64,000 nt of DNA from Lingula anatina (lineage: Eukaryota > Animalia > Brachiopoda): contig CM120640.1 of assembly GCA_051362555.1 (NCBI GenBank), forward strand, positions 55,964,788 to 56,028,787. The letters run 5' to 3'. The position numbers were made by a program, and so were the translations under genes. The notes beneath the pieces are model-generated. The model saw only the letters and a program-made list of their open reading frames with translations. It did not search any database and had not been told where the DNA came from. Shown here one piece after another: positions 40,900 to 53,700 of the stretch; within the stretch, counting starts at the first letter, position 1; each line of letters starts with the position of its first letter.

Positions 40900-43800
40900 T
40901 TTTAATTAATATTTCAACCATACTTGGGATTTTCATGGAAAGTTTCATCTCCATACTGTTTGATTCCCCATTCATATAAACATGCAAGAGAGAAAAAAGT
41001 GCAAAATTGTTTGCCCTTCCAGTCGACGAGAAAGACATGCCAAAACACTTGACATTGCACAGGAGGAGGTATTGACCTGCCTTGGAATACACCTTTATGA
41101 GCGCCTGCATAGAATTTCACAAAAGTTAAAGGCAGAAGAACAGACCTGGCAGATTTTGTTTTACTTGGGTGTTGATGCACTAAAGAAAAATTTTGAGGTA
41201 GTTTTCCTATTTTATATGTAATTAAAATTTGTTCAAGTTGATTGTCATTTTTCATCTATTCTCTGTGTGATTTTCTTCAACTTGTTATATAATTGCTCTT
41301 GTCCTTAACAAAAATACTCCATCTGACATTTCCTATAGAAAGTATTTTTCTGAAAATACTGATTTGTCTGTTGTATGTTTCTCATATTTTCTTGTTAATT
41401 TGGCCAGTTATCACAAATTAAATCCAGTATTTGAAATGAACCATATTAGGCAAAGCTTGATTTCTCTGTTAGGTTGCTCTTGAAAGAAAACAAGGTATCA
41501 CCAATCTTGAGCTTATGTGCCAGGAGTTATTGGAGGAAGAACAAGCTAAAGAGATCAAGAAAGAGCATAAGAGACAGAAGAAGAAGAAAAAGAAGACTAA
41601 TAAGGGAATCAGCAACAAAGAGAATTGTCAGGTGGGGGTTTGTTATCAGAAACTTAGGATATGCCTTTCAAAATAAAATGTAATAGGACACGGCTCAAAA
41701 CTTTGATTTCCCTTCTTTTATTGTCCTTTAAAATGCTTCTTCCCAAACCAGACTGGAGTTTTTGTTACACATAATAAAGGATTAGATTTCCATATATGTG
41801 ATTGTTATTGACGATAAAAGCAGTTTAAACATAACTAATTTAAATATCCAGTAAATTACAAGCAAAAAAGATATTGCTTGTAAAGCAGACATGAAATTAT
41901 TGAGAGTATTCTCTGTTTTAAGGGGAACTTTTCTACATTCTTGTAAATGGATTTGATTAGCTTAGATTTCTGCTTATTTGATTTTCTAGTGTGATGAAAA
42001 TTCAAACCGTGAGAATTGCACCATATGTGAATGTTCTTCAAACACAAAGCTTCACATGACAACTACAAACAAATCGGAAGAACCACCTTGTTCATGTGGA
42101 GATCAGAACTGTATGACGGGAGAGAAAAAGCAGCAGCGAACATGCACCAAATACCTAGCCAGTGGTGACTACCAATTTGAGCCCCCGCCTTTAAGTCCCA
42201 GAAGTGTTCCTGTTCTTTGTGGCTGTGATGACAAGTGTACACGTAGTGATTATGGCTATTCATCAGACCATGAAGTTTGCGACAGTTGTAGCACCCCAAG
42301 TTCCAGAGAAGGATCTGATGTTGTAGTCTGCGGTAGTGGGGAGCTAGAGCATGATGGTAATGCAAATTTTATGAAGTGAATTGAATAAGTCCTAAAATAT
42401 CCAGCTGTCATGGCTGTGAAGTAAGCTTTTTTGCACTATATGGTGGTTGTTAGCTTTCAATGTTAATTTTGTATAAAAACTTTTGATCTGTGTAGTGATT
42501 TTCCATCAAGGCTAGCAAAGTCTGAATCTCTCGGGTCTGAAAGGGCTAGTTATATTCCATTACAGTGTGGCATTCTCTATTATTTAATAGCAGAATTTCA
42601 TTTGTGGACAATATGCACTTTCTAGAGTGAGGAGTTTTAGTTTCTGTGCGGATAAAAATTAACAAATTTTAAGCTGGGGCAGTAGTTCATATAAATATGG
42701 GGAAGGGAAATCAATCACTGTTGTCATTCTAAAAATCTTTTTTGTTCGTTTCTGTAGGTGAGGGCTGTCACTGTCCAAACTCTGCAAGTTGTGCGAGGCA
42801 TTTTGATTGTGGGGACACAGATTGTAACATGAGAGGGACATGGAAGGTGAGAAATGTTAATTTATTCTAAATGACTGCATGCAATTATTGTACCGGTTTT
42901 CGTCCCAGCCTGTCTCATGAAGCTGCCATATTTCCTCCTAGACTACAAGGGCCTGTGTCCCCATTTCTTGGATTAAGGTCACATATCTCAACTCAATTCA
43001 TGTAAATTTTGGGCTTTGTCAGTGTTGGGTCTAGGTGTGGCACTCATTGCAATGCACCCTTGTCCAAAATTTACAAAATTAAAAACTAAATATCTCCCAA
43101 ATCATGGGAAAAATTACTATAGATGTGTGACCGAAAGTCATGTGGAGATTTCAAAATAGGCCAAATAGGCCAAAATTTTCTAAAAATTGGAATTTTTCTC
43201 TTAAAAAAAAATTATTTGTGCCAATTTACATAAACTACACAGACCTAACGTATAATATTATGGGCAGATGTTACACTTAGGGTCATCTTTCATCTTTTTG
43301 AGTTGGAGGTCAGTTGGTGCATTTTTACAAGAGAAGCAGCCATTAAATGCCAAAACTGAAAACTCTCTCTAATTCTGGAACTGTAAATGCTAGAGGCCTC
43401 TTGTTATATGCATTTTATAGAGCTGATTAAGCGCAACACTGAAGATGGTGTCTGTTTTTTTTTTTTTTTTTTCCCCATAGGTTTTACGAGTTATGCTGTA
43501 TCAAAGAGTACAACATTGCAATATTCAGTGATGAAAATAAAATGTGAAATAACTCCAAAATTATCAGAGATACACCCAAAGTTACTATTGAACTTGAATA
43601 GGAACTCATATACTGGCAATCTAACTGTGCCCTTGAAATTGACCTTTGACCAACTTTTCACCATGAACTGAACTTTGCAACTTTTCTGTCCTTTATATCT
43701 ACAAAACTGGCAGAGATATGCCCATAGTTACTATTGAATTTGAGTAGGAAGTCATATACTGGCAATCTTACTGTAACCTTGAAATTGATCTTTGGCCTAC

Positions 43801-46800
43801 TTTTCACCATGAGCTGAATTTGCAATTTTTCCGTCCCTTATTTCTCCAAGAGATACGCCCATTGTTACCATTGAACCAGAACAGGAAGTCATATACTGGC
43901 AATCAAACTGTGACCTTAAAGATGCATACAAAGTCAATTTTTTGTCACAAAAACCAACCAAATGCCAGCATATAGTTTCAAGTAGTATAACTAGGAGAAT
44001 TACCAAAAGGTATTGTTTAATTTTACCTGAAAATGATGTTTGAACGGATTTTTCTGCTAGCATTCTATGCTGTATGTCAATGGGGCAGAAAAGTAGGTCA
44101 CGAAAGTAGGTTAAATTTACAACCAAAAATTTAAAGAAAGGAGCAGTCTAAACCTCTTTTATGACTGATTGAGTGATCTATTCAGTTTATCCCTTGGCAT
44201 GTCGAATTTATTTGGATTGTATAAGAAACTAGTAGAAGTGGTTTACATGTGTTACTGGGAATCCACGCTCCACCGATGCTCGGTTCGTATGTACCTTTAA
44301 AATTGACCTTTGACGCACTTTTCATCATGAACTGGACTTTGCAAAATTTTTGTTCCTTATATCTTCAAAACTAGCACAGATATGTCCATAGATACTACTG
44401 AACTTGAATAGGAACTAATATATTGACAGTCTCCCTATGACCTTGAATTTGACCTTTGACCTACTTCTTGAAATGAACTGCACTTCAAAACTTTGGATTT
44501 GACCTTTTACTTTTCCCCATGATTTTGTTATAAATTGTAATTTTTAACAAAAAAAACTGAGAACTCATTTACTGCATTTTGTATAGCCTGTCAAGCACAA
44601 TATTGGAGTAGTGTCTCTTTTCTTTTGTTTTCCATATGAATGCCCATACTCCAGCTGGTGGTACAATACCCAGAGGCAGTATTGCCTCTCTGATCCTCTA
44701 GTTTAATGTAGAGTTTGACAGTTTTTCACAATGCAGATCATGAGATGTTCATTTTATGGATAAGAGTAAAGTTATCTTTTGGGGACAAGACATGCTTTAA
44801 AGGATTTTCGTCATTTTGTTGACTTTGGTCATCTGACCAATTTACATGGGCATCTTTTTTAGTGTGTTTTCAGTTTTACTTGATTTGGTGCTGGTGCATA
44901 CTAAGGTTGACATTTGAATGCATTGGAAACATTCCTTGTCAAATTAGCAAGTACAGCTTCATCATGCCTTAAACATGCTTTAGTGGTGCATTGATAAAAA
45001 ATTTATCATAATCAGAATTTCATTAAACCTATTTGACCTATAAGGCTTCGTTCACATGAAAAATCTATTTTCTAAAAATTTATTTTCTATTCGCGGTATC
45101 TTGTGATCACGGTCTGTGCCCTGAATACCCCGCGGTGTAATTACTGACAGCGCGAGCCAGTTACTTCCAAAGCTGTAATTAATTCTCAGCTGCGCTCGGA
45201 TGTGATCACAAGATACCTCGAATAGAAAATAGATTTTTAGAAAATATATTTTTCATGTGAACGGAGTCTAAGTGCTTCATTTTCCTGCAAGGGGAACTAC
45301 TGTTACTTTTAAATTTATTATTTATCTTGTTATGTACACACATGGTGTGTCTGTACATATAGCCCTCACCTGTGTCTGTCTGTTGTCTGCTCACTTTGCA
45401 CTATAAACACAAATCTTGGAAAACTTATTATCCTCAAACTGACTGCAGTGCTTGCTGGCCAAGTTCAAATAGTGATTTTATTGGATAATTATTTTCATTT
45501 TTCCACATTGGCATTTTCACTGTCTGACTTTGAAATGCCATGTGTCTGAAGCCCTTTGCTAGTTTTATTTTCTGAAAGTTCATGTTACCTATAATATGTA
45601 ATTAAGAATTTGTGGTGATTATATTGTTTAACTATACAATAATTAACTTAAGTGAGGTTACCTTGCCAAATTATCCCATATTTGGGTCAGTAATTTGTCA
45701 ATATGATTGAAACACAAAGACTGTAACTGTTATGTTACATGCTCACGAATTTTGAAATCAAAACAAAACAGCATTTGCTGCTATACAAATTTCTTTATTC
45801 ATATAGCCTACACCTTTACAAACAAGGTACACTAATTGAAACTAACTACACTGTTACACAAATAAATAAGCAAGACAGTTACATAAATAAGTAAATAGGC
45901 AGCATAATTACACACATGAAATTTTATTATCACGTATGCTGCACTGGTACATGTACAAGGCAAGATGTGCACTGTGCAGAAGTTGTGACTTTTATTATTG
46001 CACAATGATATTCTCAAATCGACACCAAAGCACAATAATTCTAACCATATCACTGATCCAAAAGAAAAGAAAATTAGCATCTGGACATAAAAAATTGCAT
46101 CAAAATATACAAATCTATTTCGTGCATCATTATTTACCTCTTGGTGTATACGTTGTACAGCTTTGCTTTTTGTTTCATTATTCTGTTTTGTAACCTTATT
46201 CTGCATTTGTTTTACAGGATTATTTCTTAACAATTAGGCTGAAATATGTCATCACCTATTTATTTGGTTGCTGGTATGGCAGTGTAGATTTGTCAATTAC
46301 AGATGGCTTGTTGAAAATAATTGATTTTTTTTCTAGTGCACCAATGATGGACTTGGAACTTTTAACAGTGACCAGCAACAACCATCAGGCTTAACTCTCA
46401 GTCTACAAGATATGTTGGATGTGAGTATAGAGTTTAAATTTTATGTTTACAGATATTCATGTAGTTATATCTTTTAAAAAGGATTTTACAGAAAACTTAA
46501 ATTCCTATTTGGATCCTTCCAGTCCTTGTAATTGTCAGAAAGGGGGCTAATACTGTTGTACTTTTTGTAGTTGTTCAGAAATGTAGATTTGTAATAACTT
46601 ACACTAATGATGTATTCCCATGAATATCTGTGTATCAAAAGAATATAGGTGTATAAGCTTCCATTTTAAATTGTATGTGAAGTGATATGGGAACAGTTCT
46701 TACTTTTATTTTGATGTTGTCACTTAATGGACTTAATTTGTGAAATAAAAATGGAAGGCCACCAGCTTTTGTGTGAGACCCTCTCATGTTTTTTCTTAAC

Positions 46801-47172
46801 AACAATTTATAGATATATAAGCACATTTCATTTTTAAGGCTTCAGATATGAGATTGATTGAAAAGAATTCTTACAAACATTTATGTCACTTCATATATAT
46901 GCTTCAATCCTAACAAACTGCATTAATTTTGACAGCAAGCCTCTTGTTCCTCGGAAGGAGAAGATGAGGCCATTTCAGAAGAGGAGATACAGAGATTTAA
47001 AGCCAATCAGAAACTGCTGGAAATCCAACGTCAACAGCTACGTGAGCGCCTTCGCCAGGAGTTCACACATATGCAAGAACGTGGTCGTGGTTCAGGAATC
47101 TGCACAGATGTGGGCAAAGCAAGCAGCTCTGCATCTCCACCAGCTTCCCTTAACAATCTCTCTATCAACTGA
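33768..47172 (+). CDS. GGNBP2: Gametogenetin-binding protein 2 (ZNF403), 12 coding exons
   Basis: N-terminus MAKLVAVCRTDDYQFGRRQIPL. Exons 33768-33854, 34348-34538, 35401-35544, 36632-36730, 37045-37152, 40584-40781, 41023-41197, 41473-41631, 41990-42356, 42758-42846, 46337-46420, 46936-47172. Motifs VPCVGCRRSVE, KHRFCSECK, RERHAKTLDIAQEEV, SDYGYSS, SREGSDV. Confidence 0.94.
35880..36121. mobile_element. Palindromic MITE (same family as 20281 and 54826)
   Basis: Arms CTCCCTGGGGAGTCTCACTAAA / TTTAGTGAGACTCCCCAGGGAG; end TGGGAACCCAGTCTA. Confidence 0.7.
37765..38333 (+). mobile_element. Old degenerate copy of the large HINE family
   Basis: GTACCACCAG...CTGGTGGTAC subTIRs; patchy similarity to 38663-40343. 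Confidence 0.5.
38663..40343 (+). mobile_element. Helentron-associated (HINE/DINE-like) element with ~119-bp tandem repeats
   Basis: TT start, subTIR GTACCACCAGC plus adjacent inverted repeat, GGCTCCG microsatellite, about 6 tandem units at 39450-40140, GCTGGTGGTAC, hairpin GAGGCG-GTAT-CGCCTC and CTAGTTTT end. Confidence 0.85.
42886..44704 (+). mobile_element. Second HINE copy, interrupted by a Kolobok-like MITE
   Basis: Colinear with 38663-40343; same 3' GCTGGTGGTAC-hairpin-CTAGTTT end. Confidence 0.8.
43920..44296. mobile_element. Kolobok-like MITE, family B
   Basis: TTAA on both sides; AGATGCATAC...GTATGTACCT ends; inverted copy at 54007-54721. Confidence 0.8.
45044..45268. mobile_element. 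Harbinger-like MITE
   Basis: ~65-bp TIRs GGCTTCGTTCACATGAAAAAT... / ...ATTTTTCATGTGAACGGAGTC; TAA on both sides. Confidence 0.8.
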
Positions 47173-49029
47173 TTTTTCAAAATGAATATGGACATGATGA
47201 AAAAGAATTATTGTTCCCTTAAAACAAATGGCCTGGCTTTTTTCATGTTTTATTTCTTTTTAAACTCAGAAGACTTTGATTTAAGTGACTTTGAATAAGT
47301 TCAATTGCATTATAATGCAGGTAGAAGGTTATTTTTTCATCTCTTGGTGGTCAAAGATATTTATTTAAGTTATAGTGATACTTCAACTGAAAACGTGGAT
47401 TTCTTTTCTGTTTTCTTTATTAGTTAAATTGCATGTAAGAAAGAGTTAGTTAAATAATCTTAAAACGACGGATAAATGATTTTACAAAGCCAGATCCCAT
47501 ATTTAATTTCGTGAAGTTTTCATGCTGCATGAAGCAATTGTGAAATTAATCAACATACATGCCAATTAAACAGCATATGATACAAAAAAGGATCAGTTGT
47601 AAACAAATTGAATGGTTAAAACTTCATTATGAGAGAGCTAAAGATTGCTCACTTCCATTAAAAAATTGAAGTTATTCTAGTTTTTATTTATTTATTTCCT
47701 TCACCTTGCCCATCAATGTCAGCACTGCACTTGCACTATAATGCAATATATGAAAAAGCATGCGGCTTATTGTCCCCAAACATACTGGAGTGATACATAG
47801 CACTTGCAGACAGGTCAAGTCGGAATAGTAGCTTTATTGGACCATTTCTCTTGTAGTTACGTAGCTTTTTCTGAATTTTCATTTTTCACACATTGGTATT
47901 TTCAAGGTGTTTTTGAATCCCCATGGGGCTGAAGCCTTGTGCCAGTTACAATTTCTGAATAACCAGGCTTTATGTAATATTACATCAAAATTGATGAACT
48001 GTCATTGTTATTTCCTGCTGTATCGGTACATTTGACAGCTTTGCTGAATATATACTGCAGGTATACTGTATGTATTCTGATATGGTGACATCCGGCATTA
48101 GAGAGGTCAATTTGGGGCTAGAGGAGGGAGGAGTGCAATAATCTGGGAGCAGTTGATCCATTCCTTTCCATTAGCCCATTTTTATTCTGCAATCTTTCTT
48201 ATACCTGGCTTATTTCTCAGCTGGCAAAGAATTATAAAATAATAGTAATTAAATTACAATTTTGAAATATATAATAAAAATAGTAATTAATAGGTGTAAC
48301 AGGTTAATCGTGATGTTAGGCACAGTAAACCTAAACGTAACAGCATATTTTGCAACACTTTCACTGTTAGGGTGATTTAGGACCCCCAATTTTTTTAAAC
48401 AAAATATCATTTGTTCTGTAAGATTAGACAGCAGAAATTAACAGACCAATAACCATTTTAAGCCATGAGTGGGGAGTCGCAATTGCCTTATAATTCAGGT
48501 TCCTATGTATGTCAATGAGTGATTTTTCAGAGACTGTGGGGTGAATGGTGTGATGCCACTGATACCCTTTTCTTCAAGATGTTTTGAATTTGTAGGCCTA
48601 TTGGTAAAATAATAATGGATATATTTCGTATAACACAATGGAACCATGAATCTTGTAGTAGAACATCATGTGCTGGTTTCACTCATGATGTTTTTTTTAT
48701 TTTAATTTTTTTTTACACATTTGGAATTTCATCAGAGAAGGATTTTAATCACATCTACTCTCGAGTTCTAAATTGTAGAACAGAATGGAAATAACAACTG
48801 TATAGAAATTTCTGTCCAATCTTAAAATATTTTAGAATGGAATGATATTATAGATTGGAACATAATTATAGACAAAGTAAGACACAATGCTAAGTATAAA
48901 GCAAAGTTTACATGTAAACCTGTTTTATTGTGCAAGTACAATGCACCCCTCCATATGGCTTCCCACATGACATAGAAATCAATGGCAAATTTACACTCAC
49001 AACACAGAGAAGTGATTCAGACATATCTT

Positions 49030-49277
49030 ATTTGCTCCGCCAAGGAGTTTATGTTTTCACCCCTGATTGTTTGTTTGTCTTTCTGTCTGTCTGCCATCAA
49101 CATAACTCAAAAAGTTATGGACCGATTTTGATGAAATTTTCAGGAACTTTCAGAAGTGGGCCAAAGAACAGATGATTGGTTTTTGGTGGTGATCTGGGTC
49201 AATTATCAATCAATAATCAATAATAATCAAAATTTGCTGCCTTGGTGGAGGTCTGGGCTCTCAGAGTGCTTTTCTAT
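49030..49277 (+). mobile_element. Short HINE-like element (copy of 2425-2651)
   Basis: CTCCGCCAAGGAG...CCTTGGTGGAGGTCTG..CTCTCAGAGTGCTTTTCTA. Confidence 0.75.
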
Positions 49278-49485
49278 ATAGTTACTAGTAAAAATGTCTT
49301 CTAAAACGAAGTCTACAGAAGTTGAACTGTTGATCCGTGTAAAAAATGTATAATATCCTATATGTATACTATACATGTATAAAGCAGGACCTTAACCACA
49401 AAGCTTAATAGTCAAGCCTACTGTGAACAACCTCAAAAATTGTAAACCTGCCTTCCAAAATGGGGGGGGGGGGGGGGGGGGGCAC

Positions 49486-49915
49486 TCTCTGGTACCTAAT
49501 TGCCGTACATGTACGGGTATTTATTTGGACAAAAATTTCCACCCTATATGTTTATTAGGGACTGTACTATCATTAGATTTTGATCATTAGATTTTTTTCC
49601 AGGGTCATGTCGATACTCCCCCGCACCAATAATCCCCCTTAGAAAATTTTTGTATTATGCACTTCGATACAACCCCACACTGATAGATCCCCGCAACAAT
49701 ACATCCCCTTTAAAATCGCTGATGTAGGCACACCGTTACTCCCCTACATAATTGCCCCCCCCCCCCCCCCCGCATCGATACTGCAGGGGAGTATCAGTGC
49801 GGGGATGTACCGGTGTAAGGGAGTATCAGTGCGAGTACGTACTAGTATATGGATGTAACCGTTTTCCACCCTGTACTACTATTCCAAACCATATGGCAAT
49901 TAGGAATCAGAATAG
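49486..49915. mobile_element. Degenerate MITE with a nested small inverted-repeat element (~49603-49843)
   Basis: CCTAATTGCCGTA / TATGGCAATTAGG outer inverted repeat; inner GATACTCCC / GGGAGTATC repeats. Confidence 0.45.
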
Positions 49916-50639
49916 GAAAAGGATGGAAGAGGTTAATAAATCCAATAACTTAAATAATAATAATAATTAAAATAAATAAAGTTGACGAACAACGCCTTAC
50001 ATAGCCCAATAAACTGCCTTTAGTGGGTAAGAGAAAAACACTGCAACAACGAAGATTGCAAAAAATACAAAATGTGCCATAATTTCGTAAAGATTTTCCG
50101 TTGTTTTCCCGTTGAAAAATGTACAGAATGTGACATTTCGTGGTTAGCACATAGAAAAATTCAGTTTCTTTCAGTTCAAACTATTGTAGACTTCAAACCA
50201 GGTTGCTTCCGACTGCGACGTGTATTGTATTTCCCAATTTTTGTTACAAATCAATAAACGCGGAAGCACACTTCGCAAAATACTCCATCAGACGTAATAT
50301 TGATCGCTTTTCGTATTTATTCCCAATAATATATTCACCTAATTTATACAATACAAGTACTGTCTACTAACACGTTTTCAATATCTCTTTTTATACACCA
50401 TTATTTTGACTTATTGCCATCGATTTGATCCGACATAGTCACCCATGGTGATTCATTCATATAATCTCTCGCTATTCATTGAACGTGGGTGCGCGATTTC
50501 GAATCTAGTTTTTCTACCAACAGCGGTTGGATGTTTAAATCATTGTATATCTAAGTCAAATACAATTTATTAATCACAAAACTCGTTTACATAATAGAAA
50601 CGTTCGAAACTGGTAGGAACAATGTTGGGGTGTCTTGGT

Positions 50640-50779
50640 AATTACGCGCAATAATACGCGCACTTCCTGCTGACGGAACTATTTGACCTGTTGGCGGGCA
50701 CAGCCATCTTGTTGTATTTTTTCCAGAAGCATTGAACTATTAATCTATTTCGATCGTCCATCTTCTAAAGCCATCGGAT
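50640..50779 (+). promoter_or_regulatory. Putative 14-3-3 epsilon core promoter and 5' UTR
   Basis: TACGCGCA twice, ETS-like CACTTCCTG and YY1-like GCCATCTTG just upstream of the ATG. Confidence 0.5.
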
Positions 50780-53700
50780 ATGTCCAGAGAGGATTTTGTA
50801 TATAAGGCTAAACTAGCCGAACAGGCTGAGAGATATGATGGTAGGTACCACAGAATAGTTATAGGAATCATTATATGTAAGATGACAACCGATAGTGACT
50901 AATTCATAACAATTTTCAGGTTGGTTTCTTTAAATTTCTATTATATTGGGCTTTGGTTGACAGATAAGCATATTCAGAGATTACCTTTGTAACGCATATT
51001 ATGGGCGTAGGTAAAATTATAAAGGGTTTTGAATGATAATACTTCCTTTGGGTCCCTTCCCAAGTCCAGGAAGCAAAAGTCGAAAGGAAGTGTTGCATCA
51101 AAATTTTAAAAAATCAATAAAAGGAAGACTGTTTTATTTATTATTCTCAAACATCAAGAAGTGGTTTGTAATTTTAGAGTCATCTCCTTTTATGTGTTCT
51201 TTTTATTTTGCCTTGCATGTCTGACTTTTAAGAACATAAAGTTAACCAACAAGACTAACTTCTCGGTGTGACTGAAATGCGCAATACACCGCAATACAGC
51301 GCAACACAGTGCAATACACTTCAAAAATCAAATCCAGTTGCAATTACACAATGGAATGTCCATTCCCAGCAAAGTATGGTGATATAAAAACAACCTATAT
51401 TACTAGGTAAGTAATATCGTTGATATAACTTAACAAATCAGCAAGACTTTTATATTGTCTGGTTGGCAGCCATGTTGGCGAGTGGCTCTTCTTGGATATA
51501 TTACTGGCCAAGAAGAGCTACTCGCCAACATGGCGGCTGACCAAACAATTAAAAAAATTGTCAAGTTGTATCAGCAATATTAATTACTATGTACTATATT
51601 TTGCTTTTATATCAGACATGCTGAAACTGTCGGTCCGATCGGTCATGACCGGCAAAATTTGTCTGGACCGGTAAAATATTGTACTTTGTCGGTCCAAAGG
51701 ACCGACAAGAGTTTTAAGAGCCGCCATTTTGAATTAACAGTTAGCGTTCGATGTGCTTCAGAAATAAAATTATATAAAATCCACATCATTTTTTCTTCCA
51801 TTTACTAATCTAGTGACACGTAAAAATGACCACATTTCGGTCACATTCACTTACAAAGTACGCTAGCCAATCGTATTATCCCTCTCTCAAACGAATGGGT
51901 TCTTCCCCATGGGGAATCCCCCTGCTCTCGATAATTACGCGCCCCGTCATTGGTATATTGGCCGCGACACACAGACAGCTATCACGAGGGCGGTCCACGC
52001 TGCCAAGCACATGTAAACATGCAGGAAAAATGTTTACTGCTTAACTTGGACGCCTGACTCCTTTCTCAAGAACAATTATTCATATAGGAACCAAGGATAA
52101 TGAGGCCTGACCTTCGAAGGTACGTATACATCGTTATTCGTTCTTTTAGGGAGAAAAAAGCGTTGATAGTAGCCTACATGGAAATGAGGTCACCCGATTC
52201 ACTCAGTAAAAACGATTTCAGAATTATAGGACTGAATATTATGCGTAATCAATGGTGATTGTAACGATATTTAACAAATGGGTACTTTCGTTTGCATTCA
52301 GCTAATACGCGGCAGTGCCTTCCGCATTGCGACGTTTTACGTAAAAAAGTTTGACAGTTCGGTCGATTCCTCGAACCTAATGTATGAACATAATGGTTCA
52401 CAGATTTTAAATATCCCGTAAGCATAAACGCGATACCTGTTACCAGTACCAGTTACAGTTTTCATATTATCAGTATGTACATTTTTATTATTTTAGATTA
52501 TGATATCGTCGAGTCCTGACCAGGAAGCCGTTCGTTTCCATGCAGATGAGACAGATACAGTGAAGTGGCTAGCATGTTTCATGCATTGGCACTCCCATTC
52601 GGACTACAATCTTTACTGTTTGTGTAGCATCAAAATTTGCAAATTATTTTCAAGGAAAGGAGAAATTGACCAAGAGCAATTTTTGCTACTGTTGAACAGT
52701 GGAAATGAGTTTTTTTCATTTAATTTTTTATCAAATTCATTTCAATTTGAAACAATATTAATTTTTTTGAGAAATTGATCATGATAAAATTAACAATTAA
52801 CCTAAATTTATGACAGGGATGTGAAATATATGATGAATTTCTTTAAGCCGTACGTGCACTATTGAATTAAAGGACAAAGGACTAAGTGTGAAATTCAAGG
52901 ACTTTCAAAGGAAGAAACAAAATCAAGCTCTTCTTAAGGCCTGTATGAACCCTGGAACTTGTGAAATGAGTACAACAATAAAGCAGTGCTTCACAAGTGT
53001 GTGTTTTTGTTTTTTTTAAATTTACAACATGTCCAAATTATTTAATAGTATTACTGAATATGTATTTACAAGAGTTACTTCTGTTTACTACTATGCAAAC
53101 AAAACGTTTCCATTATTGAATGGACATTTTCGGTCCGGCAAAAGTCCATTCGGTCCGGCAAAGTTTTCATCACTGCCGGTCCGAATGTCCGGCAGTTCTG
53201 AAAAGTTTTCAGCATGTCTGTTATATCACCTTATTTTATTTGAGATTACCCTTTCCTGTGTTTACTTGCAACTGGACTTGTGTTATCAAGTGTATTGCGC
53301 TGTATTGCAGTGTATTGCGCATTTCAGTCACACCCCTAACTTCTGGTAAGATGCACATTTTATCATCACTACATCATAGATGTCTATTCTTGTGAAAATG
53401 ATGCATTATTTACATTTTCAATCATTCTTATTTCAGCATACATTATGTCATATAAATCCTTGTTGGCATTTTATCAGGTTTTATAACAGGACAAATTATC
53501 TGAAACAAAGCTTTTCTCAGTCAACGGTCCTGATGTTATTCGGCAGGTCAGGTCATTATATAATTACTGGACAGCCTATACTTTTAAAGACAGCTGGATA
53601 TCATACTTTTTTTGAGAAAAGACCACTTGGCCTTTTGGAATGGCCGTGGAAAGTCCACAAAATACTCTTAAAGTAATTTGACATACCCAGGTTGCACTAT

